From Dehalococcoidia bacterium (GTDB taxonomy: Bacteria; Chloroflexota; Dehalococcoidia; UBA2979), in the NCBI GenBank assembly GCA_965219085.1, contig OZ244720.1, forward strand, positions 1,984,001 through 2,048,000: DNA of 64,000 nt, given 5' to 3'. Below the pieces are notes generated by a model, which did no database searches, was not told where the DNA came from, and saw only the letters and a list, made by a program, of their open reading frames with translations. Shown piece after piece: positions 38,427-48,173 of the stretch (positions within the stretch are counted from its first letter, which is position 1; each line of letters opens with the position of its first letter). The translations under genes and the position numbers were made by a program.

Positions 38427-39629
38427 TCAGTTCCTCGGCAGCCCGAGCCCGCGCGTCGCGATGATGTTGCGCTGGATCTCCGAGGTGCCCCCGGCGATGG
38501 TCTGCGGCACCGAGAACACGTACTCGCGCGTCGCCCGGGCCGCCATCGGCGCCCGCGGGTCGTCCTCGTCCCAGAGGTTCGAGTAGAGGCCGAACGCGCT
38601 CACGGCCGTGCGGGCGATGCGCTGCGTCAGCTCGGTGCCGAAGACCTTGCCCATCGAGGCCTCGTAGTTCGGGATGCGCCCCGCATCCTGCATCGAGGCG
38701 ATCCGCAGGCAGAGGTTGTAGTGCACGTCGGCGGCGATCGCCGCGTCCGCGACGTCGCGGCGCAGCGCCGGCGAGCTCGCCACGCGCGAGCGGGCCCGGC
38801 CCTCGGCGCTCCCGAGGTAGTCGGCCAGCTCGCGCACGTCGCGCCTGACCGTCGCCGAGCCGGCGATCCCGGAGCGTTCGAAGTCGAGCGCCGTCGCGCC
38901 GACGTACCAGCCACGGTTCTCCTCGCCGATACGGTTCTTGACCGGCACGCGCACGTCCTCGAAGAAGGTCTCGTTGAAGCCGTGCTCTCCGCCCATGTTG
39001 ATGAGCGGCCGGAACTCCACCCCGGGGAGGTCGGTGGGGATCAGCAGCGCGCTGATCCCGCGGTGCTTGGGCGCTGCGGGGTCCGTCCGTACCGGCACCC
39101 AGAGGTAGTCGGCGAGGTGGCCGTTCGAGGTCCAGATCTTCTGACCGTTCACCACGTACTCGTCGCCGTCGCGCACTGCGCGCGTCTGCAGCGAGGCGAG
39201 GTCGGAGCCTGCGCCGGGCTCTGAGAGCCCGGAGTGCATCAGGTGTTCGCCGCTCACCATCCGTGGCAGGTGCTCGCGCTTCTGCTCCTCGGTGCCGACG
39301 AGGATGATCGTCGGGCCGTACTGCACCACGCCCGGCCCGCCAACGGCAGGCGCGTGCGCCGTTGCCATCTCCTCGCGGAGGATCGTCTGCGCCCAGATGG
39401 AGAGGCCGGCGCCGCCGTACTCCTCCGGCCAGTGGGGCGCGAACCAGCTGCGCTCGGCGAGTGCGTCGGTCCAGTCCTGCGCCGCCTGGCGCGCCTCGGA
39501 ATCGGGCGAGCGGCGGTCCTGCGCCCAGTTGCCGCCGGGCGTGCGGTAGCGCTCGGGAAGCTGCTCGTCGAGGAGCGCGCGCACCTCGGCGCGGAAGGCG
39601 GCCTGCTCGGGGCTGTCGCTCCAGTCCAT
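38427..39629 (-). CDS. Acyl-CoA dehydrogenase (FadE26/FadE29-like alpha type)
   Basis: SEPGAGSDLASL, NGQKIWTS, ALDFER, TIAGGTSEIQRNII. Confidence 0.93.
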   Translation of the reverse strand: MDWSDSPEQAAFRAEVRALLDEQLPERYRTPGGNWAQDRRSPDSEARQAAQDWTDALAERSWFAPHWPEEYGGAGLSIWAQTILREEMATAHAPAVGGPGVVQYGPTIILVGTEEQKREHLPRMVSGEHLMHSGLSEPGAGSDLASLQTRAVRDGDEYVVNGQKIWTSNGHLADYLWVPVRTDPAAPKHRGISALLIPTDLPGVEFRPLINMGGEHGFNETFFEDVRVPVKNRIGEENRGWYVGATALDFERSGIAGSATVRRDVRELADYLGSAEGRARSRVASSPALRRDVADAAIAADVHYNLCLRIASMQDAGRIPNYEASMGKVFGTELTQRIARTAVSAFGLYSNLWDEDDPRAPMAARATREYVFSVPQTIAGGTSEIQRNIIATRGLGLPRN

Positions 39630-39642
39630 CGCCCGACCTTAG

Positions 39643-39668
39643 CCCAAATCCACCGAAGGAGAGCGCGC
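39643..39668 (+). mobile_element. Solo IS1380-type terminal sequence (remnant)
   Basis: cccaaatccaccgaaggagagcgcgc matches the IS1380 end at 22766-22791 (reverse complement) at 23/26 nt and is preceded by the same TTAG target. Confidence 0.7.
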
Positions 39669-39955
39669 GAGCACCTGCCACGCGTGTCCGGTAAGGCCTC
39701 AGTGAGAACCGCCGGTCTCGACGCCGCCAACGGTGCATCAGTGCGACGAGCGCGCCGAGCAACATGGGCCGTGGTCCCCGGCACAGTTCAACTCGCGCCT
39801 GTCACGCCCAGAGTGCGGACTCAGTTGCGGCCCGTCGCCACGGATTGGCACGGTCCTGCAATCAGCGGGCGGCGGCGATGGGGCTATGGGTCGCCGTTAG
39901 CGGCGTTTAGCCGCGGTGCCTTGCGGCGCGGGTGGCCGAAGCCCACACTGACGCC

Positions 39956-40647
<692 letters not shown>

Positions 40648-40651
<4 letters not shown>

Positions 40652-41907
40652 GCACCGCGCGCTGGCTGGCCCTGACGTTCGCGACGGTGGCCGTCGTGGG
40701 GACGTTCGCGCTGCCGCAGGGCTGGGCCGCCGTGATCGCCCTCGTCGCCGTGCTCGCGCTGCTAGGGGTCGCGCTGCGGACCGGAGCCCGCCGGCCTCCG
40801 ACGCCCACAGTCCGGGCGAGCCCCGAACCCACCGAGCCGCCCGAGCCGCCCTCGTTGGACTCGTGGCGCGACGTACTCGACATGCTCCCGCTCGGCGTCG
40901 CGCTGCTCGACGAGGAGCTGACGGTGCTCGACGCGACCCCGGCGTTCGCGGAGCTCGTCGGCCACCCGGTGGGCGGCATGATCGAAGCCTCGCTGATCCG
41001 CGCCACGCGCGAGTACGACCTCACCGCCACCGTCCGCGAGCGACCGGCCGAAGCGCGTGACGTGCACCTCACCGGCGGCCGCCAGGTGCGCGTCCGCGTC
41101 GCGCCGCTGTCGCCTCCGCTCCTCGGCGGACGAGCCACGCTGCTGCTCTGCATCGAGGACGTGACCGCGCTGCACGACGCCCAGCGCGCCCGTACGGACC
41201 TCGTTGCGAACCTCTCGCACGAGCTGCGCACCCCGATCGCCGGCGCGCGCGCCATCGCCGAGACGCTGCAGTCCGCCTCCGAGGACCCGGCGGACCGTGA
41301 ACGCTTCCTCGGGCTGCTCACCGATGAGCTGGAGCGTATGACCGACATGGTGCAGCGCATGCTCCGGCTCGCGCAGCTCGAGTCGGAGCTTGAGCCGCTC
41401 GACCTCGAGGCTGTCACGCCTGGCTCGCTGCTCGAAGCGGCCGCGGAGCGCTTTGGCCCGGTTGCCGGACGCCAGGACGTGCGCATCGAGGTCGAGCAGG
41501 CGGCGCCGGACGCCGTCCGCGCCAACCCGGGTCGTGCCGGCGAGGTGCTCGCCAATCTCCTCGACAACGCCCTGCGGCACAGCCCGCCCGGCTCGCGCAT
41601 CACCCTCGCCGCCGTGGCCGACGACGCCGACTCCGTGCGGTTCGAGGTGCGGGACGAGGGTCCGGGCATCCTCCTGCAGGAGCGCGACCGCGTCTTCGAG
41701 CGCTTCTACACCGGGGACATCGCGCGCGAGGCGGGCTCGCACACCGGGCTGGGGCTCGCGATCGCGCGGCGGTTGGTGCAGCAGCAGGGCGGACGCATCT
41801 GGGTCGCCGATCGCTCGCCGGGCGCGACGCTGTGCTTCACGCTCGCGCGCGCCGACGGGACGGCGGACGCGAGTGTCGGCGCCGCTGGTGACGGGGCTTC
41901 AGGCTAG
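40648..41907 (+). CDS. PhoR-like sensor histidine kinase (TM, PAS, HisKA, HATPase)
   Basis: GTGA overlap; ANLSHELRTP, NLLDNALRH, DEGPGI, TGLGLAI. Confidence 0.92.
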
Positions 41908-43193
41908 GCCTCGGCGGCGACGGCCACCGGCTCGGGGCGCTCACGGAAGTTGCCGGTGCGCACCAGCGAGCGGACCTCGGGCAGCAGCATCGACGCCGCG
42001 ATGAACCCCACGGTCCACATGATGCCCGGCACGATCAGCAACAGCCGCACCCCGATGCCGTCGGAGAGCCAGCCGAAGCCGAAGTTCACGAACGCCATGT
42101 GTCCGGCGGCGAGCACGACGTACAGCGACATCACCCGCCCCCGGAACGCGTCGGGCGTGATGCGCTGCACGAACGTCGCCGCCATCGCCATGTAGCTCGC
42201 CTGCGTCGCCCCTGCGAGGACGCCGCCGGTGACGGCCATGTAGGGCGTGGTGGCGAAGCCGACGACGAACATCGAGAGGCCGCTGCCCACGCCGATGATG
42301 AAGAACATGCGCCCCAGCGCCGCGTCGCTCTGGAGCATCGAGACGATCAGCGTCCCGATGATCGAGCCCGCGCCGATACCCACGATGATGCTGCTGAAGG
42401 TGATGTCGGCGCCGCCGACAACGGTCGCGAGTGTGGGCATCATCGAGTCGAACGCCATCGTCGCACCGCAGTGGAAGCCGACGAGCACGAGCATCACGAG
42501 CACGCGTGGGTCACGCTCGACGTAGGAGATGCCCTCGCGCATGTCGCGGAACACGGGGCCGATCGCGAAGACGGGCTCGGCATCGTTCGGCCGCGCCGCG
42601 CTGCGGTACTCGAGCCGGAGGAGCTGGTAGAGTGCGAGCGCGAGGAACACGCCAGACAGCACGAAGACCGACCCCGCGCCGAGCTGATTCAGGAGCCCCG
42701 CGCCGATGAGCGGCCCGGCGATGCGCGAGCCGTGCCGGGTGATCCCGGAGAGCGCCACCGCGTTGAGCAGGTGCTCCTTCGGGACGACGTTGGGGATGAT
42801 CGCCTGCTCTGCGGGCGTCCCGAACGCTCGCGCCATACCGCCGATCACCGCGAAGACGAGCACGTGCCAGGCTTCGACCCAACCCGCGAACGTGATCGCC
42901 GCAAGCGCGAGCGCTGCCACGATCCCGGCAGCGTCCGCGGCGATCGCCATCAGCCGCCGGTCGGCGCGGTCGGCGAGCGCGCCGCCGATGGGGCCCGCGA
43001 GGGTCATCTGGATCATGCCGGCGAACGTGACCGCGCCGACCCACGCCCCCTGCCCGGTCAGCTCGTAGACGAGCCAGCCGCGCGCGAGCAGCATCGTCCA
43101 GAACGACGCCGACGCGAAGAACGCGTTCCAGAAGACGCGGCGGAAGTCCGGGAAGAGCAGCGACGGGTGGCGCTCGGCGATGTACGTCCGCAT
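41904..43193 (-). CDS. MFS transporter
   Basis: GALADRADRR, ~12 TM helices, FRGRVMS. Confidence 0.9.
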   Translation of the reverse strand: MRTYIAERHPSLLFPDFRRVFWNAFFASASFWTMLLARGWLVYELTGQGAWVGAVTFAGMIQMTLAGPIGGALADRADRRLMAIAADAAGIVAALALAAITFAGWVEAWHVLVFAVIGGMARAFGTPAEQAIIPNVVPKEHLLNAVALSGITRHGSRIAGPLIGAGLLNQLGAGSVFVLSGVFLALALYQLLRLEYRSAARPNDAEPVFAIGPVFRDMREGISYVERDPRVLVMLVLVGFHCGATMAFDSMMPTLATVVGGADITFSSIIVGIGAGSIIGTLIVSMLQSDAALGRMFFIIGVGSGLSMFVVGFATTPYMAVTGGVLAGATQASYMAMAATFVQRITPDAFRGRVMSLYVVLAAGHMAFVNFGFGWLSDGIGVRLLLIVPGIMWTVGFIAASMLLPEVRSLVRTGNFRERPEPVAVAAEA

Positions 43194-43213
43194 GCGCGCA
43201 GTGTACCGCTCCC

Positions 43214-43861
43214 TCACCCTCCCGTGAGCGTCGAGGCGCGTTCGAGGATCGCCTGCGCCCGCTCGCCGTGGTCGAGCGCGCGCGCTGCCTCGTGGCCACG
43301 CTCGCTCATCTTGCGCCACGTGCGGGCGATGATCCGCGCCATCTTCTCGTCGTCGTCGATGCGCGCGGCCACCTCGGCGAACTGCGTCTCGAGGAAGACG
43401 AGGCTGAGCCCGTCCTCGAACGTCTGCACGTCCGGGTCCGTCGTCGCCGCGTCACGCGTGAGGCCCTGCTTGAGCACGATCTGGCGGACGCGCTCGATCG
43501 TCGCGTCGTCGTAGCCGGCATCGCGCAGCAGGCGCTCGGCCTCGTCGGCGTGGAACGCGCGGAGATGCGCGCGCCAGCGCAGGTAGCCGCTGCGCCCCGG
43601 CGGGAACGAGTCTCGCGGGATCGTCCAGCGCCGCACGTGGTGCGCGCGTGCCGCGAGCAGCAGCGCCTCGCTCGCCGCGGGGTCGAGGCGGCGCACCCAC
43701 GCGCCGAGCATGCGCGCGTGCGTGAGCTCCTTCGGCTGCGCCTCGCCGTCTACCTCGATGCGGTTCGGGTCGCCGGCGTTGGCGGCGTCGATGGCCGCGA
43801 CGGCGCGCTCGAAGCGTTCGTGCGGTGTCGTGGCGGGCGCGGTTGTGGGATGGTTGGTCAT
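43214..43861 (-). CDS. DUF4202-family protein
   Basis: AIDAANAGDPN, LAARAHHVRRW, GYLRWR, QTFEDGLSLVFLE, TWRKMS. Confidence 0.8.
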   Translation of the reverse strand: MTNHPTTAPATTPHERFERAVAAIDAANAGDPNRIEVDGEAQPKELTHARMLGAWVRRLDPAASEALLLAARAHHVRRWTIPRDSFPPGRSGYLRWRAHLRAFHADEAERLLRDAGYDDATIERVRQIVLKQGLTRDAATTDPDVQTFEDGLSLVFLETQFAEVAARIDDDEKMARIIARTWRKMSERGHEAARALDHGERAQAILERASTLTGG

Positions 43862-43910
43862 GTCGAGCCCATTATGTGCCAACGGCTGCCGGTGCGAGGG
43901 GCCGGGCGCG

Positions 43911-43938
43911 TTGACACGACGGCCATCGGTGCTACGAT
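43911..43938 (+). promoter_or_regulatory. Sigma70-type promoter for the sulfite reductase operon
   Basis: TTGACA-16 nt-TACGAT with extended -10 TG. Confidence 0.7.
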
Positions 43939-43946
43939 CCCTGCAT

Positions 43947-43978
43947 TGTCGAGAAACTTGACCAGGTTTATCGACATT
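43947..43978. promoter_or_regulatory. Palindromic operator (Rrf2/CymR/IscR-like) downstream of the promoter
   Basis: TGTCGAgAAAC-ttgaccag-GTTTaTCGACA inverted repeat; AT-rich island in GC-rich DNA. Confidence 0.5.
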
Positions 43979-44053
43979 AGCCGGACAGGGCCCGGCCGAC
44001 GCTGATGCTCGGGTGAGAAGCCCCGCGACCGCCCGCTGAGGATGGAGTGCCCT

Positions 44054-45838
44054 ATGACCACCGCCACACGTACCGACCGCCCCGGCCGCGTGATCGCGAT
44101 CCTCGAGGAGGAGTTCGAGGACTTCCGCACGGAGGCCACCGAGTTCCTCGCCGAGAACCCCGAGGGCGACGACTTCACGAGGTTCCGCCTCCGCCAGGGC
44201 GTCTACGGCCAGCGCCAGCCGGACCGCCAGATGATGCGCGTGAAGCTGCCCTTCGGCGGCACCACGTCGGAGCAACTCGACGCATTCGCGGTCATCGCCG
44301 AGGACTACACGCCGCTGCGCAAGGGCCACCTCACGACGCGCGAGGCGATCCAGCTCCACCACATCCCGCTCGAACGCACCCTCGACATCATGCAGATCCT
44401 CGGTGACGCCGGACTCTCGACCCGCGAGGCCTGCGGCAACACGGTGCGCAACGTCACCGGCGACGCGTGGGCGGGCATCCGCTCCGATGAGCCCTTCGAC
44501 GTGTCGCCTTACGCGGGCGCCTTCGTGCGCTACTTCGTGCGCAGCGAGCTCACGCAGCTGCTGCCGCGCAAGTTCAAGGTCGCCTTCTCCGGCAGCGACG
44601 AGGACGCCGCCCTCACGCAGATCCACGACATCGGCTTCATCCCCGAGATCCGCGAGGTCGACGGCGTGCCTACCAAGGGCTTCAAGATGGTCGCCGGCGG
44701 CGGCCTCTCGATCATGGCCCGCCACGCCGTCGTGCTGCGCGAGTGGGTCTCCGTCGACGACTACCTGAAGGTCTCCGAGGCGGTCCTGCGCATCTTCGAC
44801 GCCGCCGACGAGCTGCGGAAGAACATCGCCAAGGCGCGCATCAAGTTCCTGGTCCACCGCGTGGGCGAGGAGGAGTTCCGGCGCATGGTCGACGAGGAGC
44901 TGGCGAAGGACTGGGCCGCCGACCGTGACGCCTCGCCCGACCCGCTGCTGTTCCTCGACGACGAGGAGGCGGACGCCCCGCCCGCACCCACGAATCCCGA
45001 GCAGCCGACCGACGCCGACCGTGCGGCGTTCGAGGAGTGGGCGCGCACCGCGGTGCGCGCGCAGCGCCAGGCCGGTTACTCGGCGATCGAGGTGAAGGTG
45101 CCGGAGGGCGACCTCAACCCCGGGCAGTTCCGTGGCCTCGCGGCGCTGCTGCGCGAGTATGGCTCGGGCCGCGCGCGCACCACGCCGTGGCAGAACATCG
45201 TGCTGCGCTGGATCCCCGACGGCAGCGTCTACACCGTCTGGAAGGGGCTGTCTGAACTCGGCCTCGGTGATGCGGGCACCCTCGAGATCGAGGACGTGGT
45301 GAGCTGCCCCGGCACCGACAGCTGCAAGCTCGGCATCACCAGCTCGATGGGGCTGAACCGCGCGATCGCGGACCGCGTGCGCGAGATGGCGGTCACCGAC
45401 CCGCTGACGCGGCGCATCCTCATCAACGCCAGCGGCTGCCCCAACTCGTGCGGGCAGCACCACATCGCGAACATCGGGTTCCACGGCGCCGCCATCAAGT
45501 CCGGCGCGCGCCAGGTGCCCGCCTACCACGTCTTCGTCGGCGGCAACCGCCGCCCCGGCGCGGACCTCGAGCTCGGCACGCTGCTCAAGGTGCGGCTCCC
45601 CGCCAAGCGGGTCCCCGACGCCGTCGAGCGCTTCGTCCGGCTCTATGAGGCCGAGCGCGAGGACGGCGAGGAGTTCAACGAGTACTTCGGGCGCGTCGGC
45701 AAGCTGCACTTCGAGGACTCGGTGCGGGATCTGACCCTGCCGCCGGAGTTCTCGCTCGACACCATGAACGAGTTCATCGACTGGGAGCGCGAGAGCATTT
45801 ACGTCCTCGAACGTGGCGAGGGCGAATGCGCGGTCTAG
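44054..45838 (+). CDS. Ferredoxin-dependent siroheme sulfite/nitrite reductase (Sir/CysI-like)
   Basis: RQGVYGQRQ, LPRKFK, SCPGTDSC and SGCPNSCGQH siroheme/4Fe-4S ligands; adjacent to cysH. Confidence 0.92.
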   Translation: MTTATRTDRPGRVIAILEEEFEDFRTEATEFLAENPEGDDFTRFRLRQGVYGQRQPDRQMMRVKLPFGGTTSEQLDAFAVIAEDYTPLRKGHLTTREAIQLHHIPLERTLDIMQILGDAGLSTREACGNTVRNVTGDAWAGIRSDEPFDVSPYAGAFVRYFVRSELTQLLPRKFKVAFSGSDEDAALTQIHDIGFIPEIREVDGVPTKGFKMVAGGGLSIMARHAVVLREWVSVDDYLKVSEAVLRIFDAADELRKNIAKARIKFLVHRVGEEEFRRMVDEELAKDWAADRDASPDPLLFLDDEEADAPPAPTNPEQPTDADRAAFEEWARTAVRAQRQAGYSAIEVKVPEGDLNPGQFRGLAALLREYGSGRARTTPWQNIVLRWIPDGSVYTVWKGLSELGLGDAGTLEIEDVVSCPGTDSCKLGITSSMGLNRAIADRVREMAVTDPLTRRILINASGCPNSCGQHHIANIGFHGAAIKSGARQVPAYHVFVGGNRRPGADLELGTLLKVRLPAKRVPDAVERFVRLYEAEREDGEEFNEYFGRVGKLHFEDSVRDLTLPPEFSLDTMNEFIDWERESIYVLERGEGECAV

Positions 45839-45872
45839 CGCGATCACTACGCAGCATCGGAAAGGCGGCGGC

Positions 45873-46655
45873 GTGACGACATCAACGGGCGGGCACCAGG
45901 TGGTACGAGGCAGCAGGGGCGATGAGACGCCGACCGGCCGCCTGGCCGTGCCCATCGACTATGCCGAGGCGGAGATCATCCGCGTCGCCAACGAGGAGCT
46001 CGATCGCGCCGGCCCCGGCGACATCCTCAGCTGGGCCGTCGACCGCTACGGCGAGGGCCTGACGCTGGCGTGCTCCTTCGGCGGCACGTCCGGGATGGCG
46101 CTGGTCGACATGGTGCAGCGCCTCCAGCCCTCGACCGAGGTGTTCTACATCGACACCGACTACCTGTTCCCGGAGACGCACGACACGATCCGGGCGGCAC
46201 GGCTGCACTGGCCCAAGGTCAACATCGTCGGCTACGGTCCGGAGCTGACCACGGAGGGGCAGATCGAGCTGCACGGCCCCGCGCTGTGGGATCGCGACCC
46301 GGACCTCTGCTGCGACATCCGCAAGGTCGAGCCGAACCGCGAGGCCCTGCGCGGCAAGCGCGCATGGGTCTCCGGCCTCCGCCGCGACCAGACCGGCCGC
46401 GAGGAGACCCCGGCGGTGCAGTGGGATGAGAAGTTCGGGCTGGTCAAGGTCAACCCGCTCATCAACTGGAGCGAGAAGTTGCTCTGGTCGTACATCTTCG
46501 AGCGCGGGCTGCCCTACAACCTGCTCCTCGACCGCGGCTTCCCGAGCATCGGCTGCACGAACTGCACGCGCGCCATCCAGCCGGGCGAGGACCCGCGCGC
46601 CGGCCGCTGGTCGGGCTTCGACAAGCTGGAGTGCGGACTGCACACGACCTCCTGA
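45873..46655 (+). CDS. cysH: APS/PAPS reductase (4Fe-4S, APS-type)
   Basis: SFGG, CCDIRKVEP, SIGCTNCT, RAGRW, ECGLH. Confidence 0.93.
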   Translation: MTTSTGGHQVVRGSRGDETPTGRLAVPIDYAEAEIIRVANEELDRAGPGDILSWAVDRYGEGLTLACSFGGTSGMALVDMVQRLQPSTEVFYIDTDYLFPETHDTIRAARLHWPKVNIVGYGPELTTEGQIELHGPALWDRDPDLCCDIRKVEPNREALRGKRAWVSGLRRDQTGREETPAVQWDEKFGLVKVNPLINWSEKLLWSYIFERGLPYNLLLDRGFPSIGCTNCTRAIQPGEDPRAGRWSGFDKLECGLHTTS

Positions 46656-46673
46656 CGCCCGCTCGTGCTACCT

Positions 46674-46699
46674 CAACAGCCCGCTTCGGCGGGCTGTTG
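46674..46699 (+). terminator. 11-bp hairpin with UUCG tetraloop after cysH
   Basis: caacagcccgc-TTCG-gcgggctgttg; weak U-tract. Confidence 0.55.
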
Positions 46700-46778
46700 T
46701 GCGTTCGGCGGGTGCATACGTAACGTGATAATCAGACAAGGAAGTATAGTTGTCGCAGACGTGTATACTGGTGCCCGA

Positions 46779-47138
46779 ATGGCGGCGGGAAGCTGGGCGA
46801 GCGACGTGACCACCGAGGCATTCGACGCACGCGATGTCTTCGCCACGAAGGCCGACCTCTTCGCAACGAGGGCCGAGCTCAAGGACGAGATCGCCGCGCT
46901 GCGTGTCGAGGTCAAGGAGGAGATTGCGGCGCTGCGTGTCGAGGTCAAGGACGAGATCGCCGCGCTGCGTGTCGAGGTCAAGGAGGAGATCGGCGCACTC
47001 CGGGCGGAGATGCAAGCGGAGATCGGCGCGCTCCGCGCGGAGATGCATCAGATGGAAGCACGCCTGATTCGCTGGATGGCCGGTGCCCTCATCGGCGGGA
47101 TGGTTGCTGCTGCCACCATCTCGCGCCTCGTCGCCTGA
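46779..47138 (+). CDS. DUF1640/CCDC90-like coiled-coil protein with C-terminal membrane anchor
   Basis: FATKADL motif, 11-residue repeats EVKDEIAALRV, then RLIRWMAG + hydrophobic tail. Confidence 0.75.
   Translation: MAAGSWASDVTTEAFDARDVFATKADLFATRAELKDEIAALRVEVKEEIAALRVEVKDEIAALRVEVKEEIGALRAEMQAEIGALRAEMHQMEARLIRWMAGALIGGMVAAATISRLVA
46875..47039 (+). repeat. 33-bp tandem repeat x5 (hendecad coiled coil)
   Basis: gaggtcaaggacgagatcgccgcgctgcgtgtc and variants. Confidence 0.85.
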
Positions 47139-47166
47139 CGCCCGCTCCCCCCGCTAAGCTTGGGGC

Positions 47167-48132
47167 GTGACGAAGCTGCTGCCCGGCACCGCATCCTGGA
47201 CCGACAAGCCCCTCATCGAGGGCGGGCGCTTCTATCCGCCCGAGGCGAAGTCCGCCGAGGCGCGACTGCGCTACTACGCCACGCAGTTCCCGCTCGTCGA
47301 GGTCGACGCGCCCTACTACGGCCTGCCGACCGTCGCGCAGGCCGAGCGCTGGGTGGAGCGAACGCCGCCGGGTTTCACGTTCGACGTGAAGGCGTACTCG
47401 CTGTTCAGCGAGCACCCGACGCCCGTCGCGCGGCTCCCGAAGGCGATCCAGGCTGAACTCCCGCCCGACCTGCGCATGAAGCGCCAGTTCTACCGCCGCG
47501 ACGCCCCCGGGGACCTGTGCTGGTCGACTTACCTCGACGCGCTGCTGCCGCTGCACGATGCCGGCAAGCTCGGCGTGATCGTGCTGCAGTTCCCGCGCTG
47601 GGTGACGCCCAACCGCCGCAGCCACGCGTACCTCGAGGAGGTGCGCGAGCGGCTCGGCCACTACCGCGGCGCCGTCGAGTTCCGCAACCACCGCTGGCTC
47701 GACGCCGAGCACCGCGAGTCGACGCTTGCGCTGCTCGGCGACCTCGAGCTGGCGTTCATCTGCGTCGACGAGCCGCAGGGGTTCGACAGCTCCGTCCCGC
47801 CGGTCGCGGCGGCCACGACCGAGCTCGCGTTCGTGCGCTTCCACGGCCGCAACGCCGCGATGTGGGAGGCGAGTACGCGCACGTCCTCGGAGCGCTTCGA
47901 CTACTACTACGAAGCGGCCGAGCTGGACGAGTGGACGCCCCGCATCCGCTCGCTCGCCGAGGAGGCAAACGAGGTGCACCTGGTGGTCAACACCAACAAC
48001 TTCGACCAGGGGCCGGTCAACGCACGCCTGCTCGCCGAGCGCCTCTCCGAGGTCGGCCTCGACACGGCGCCCGGCTTCGACCCCACACCCGCCGAGCCAC
48101 CCGCCCCCTCCGGGCAGGGCCGCCTCCTGTAA
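47167..48132 (+). CDS. DUF72 (YecE-like) protein
   Basis: GTASW, LRYYATQFPLVEVDAPYY, LQFP, VEFRN, FVRFHGRN, FDYYY. Confidence 0.9.
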   Translation: MTKLLPGTASWTDKPLIEGGRFYPPEAKSAEARLRYYATQFPLVEVDAPYYGLPTVAQAERWVERTPPGFTFDVKAYSLFSEHPTPVARLPKAIQAELPPDLRMKRQFYRRDAPGDLCWSTYLDALLPLHDAGKLGVIVLQFPRWVTPNRRSHAYLEEVRERLGHYRGAVEFRNHRWLDAEHRESTLALLGDLELAFICVDEPQGFDSSVPPVAAATTELAFVRFHGRNAAMWEASTRTSSERFDYYYEAAELDEWTPRIRSLAEEANEVHLVVNTNNFDQGPVNARLLAERLSEVGLDTAPGFDPTPAEPPAPSGQGRLL

Positions 48133-48173
48133 GATCGCCGAGGCGCTCCCACGGCGCGCACGGGATGCTTGCG

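Noticed and set aside
43214-45955. 913-aa minus-strand ORF
   Set aside because: Mostly the antisense shadow of the sulfite reductase; only the last 215 codons (DUF4202) look real.
46875-47039. 33-bp repeats as a possible CRISPR array
   Set aside because: No spacers, in-frame coding repeats and no cas genes.
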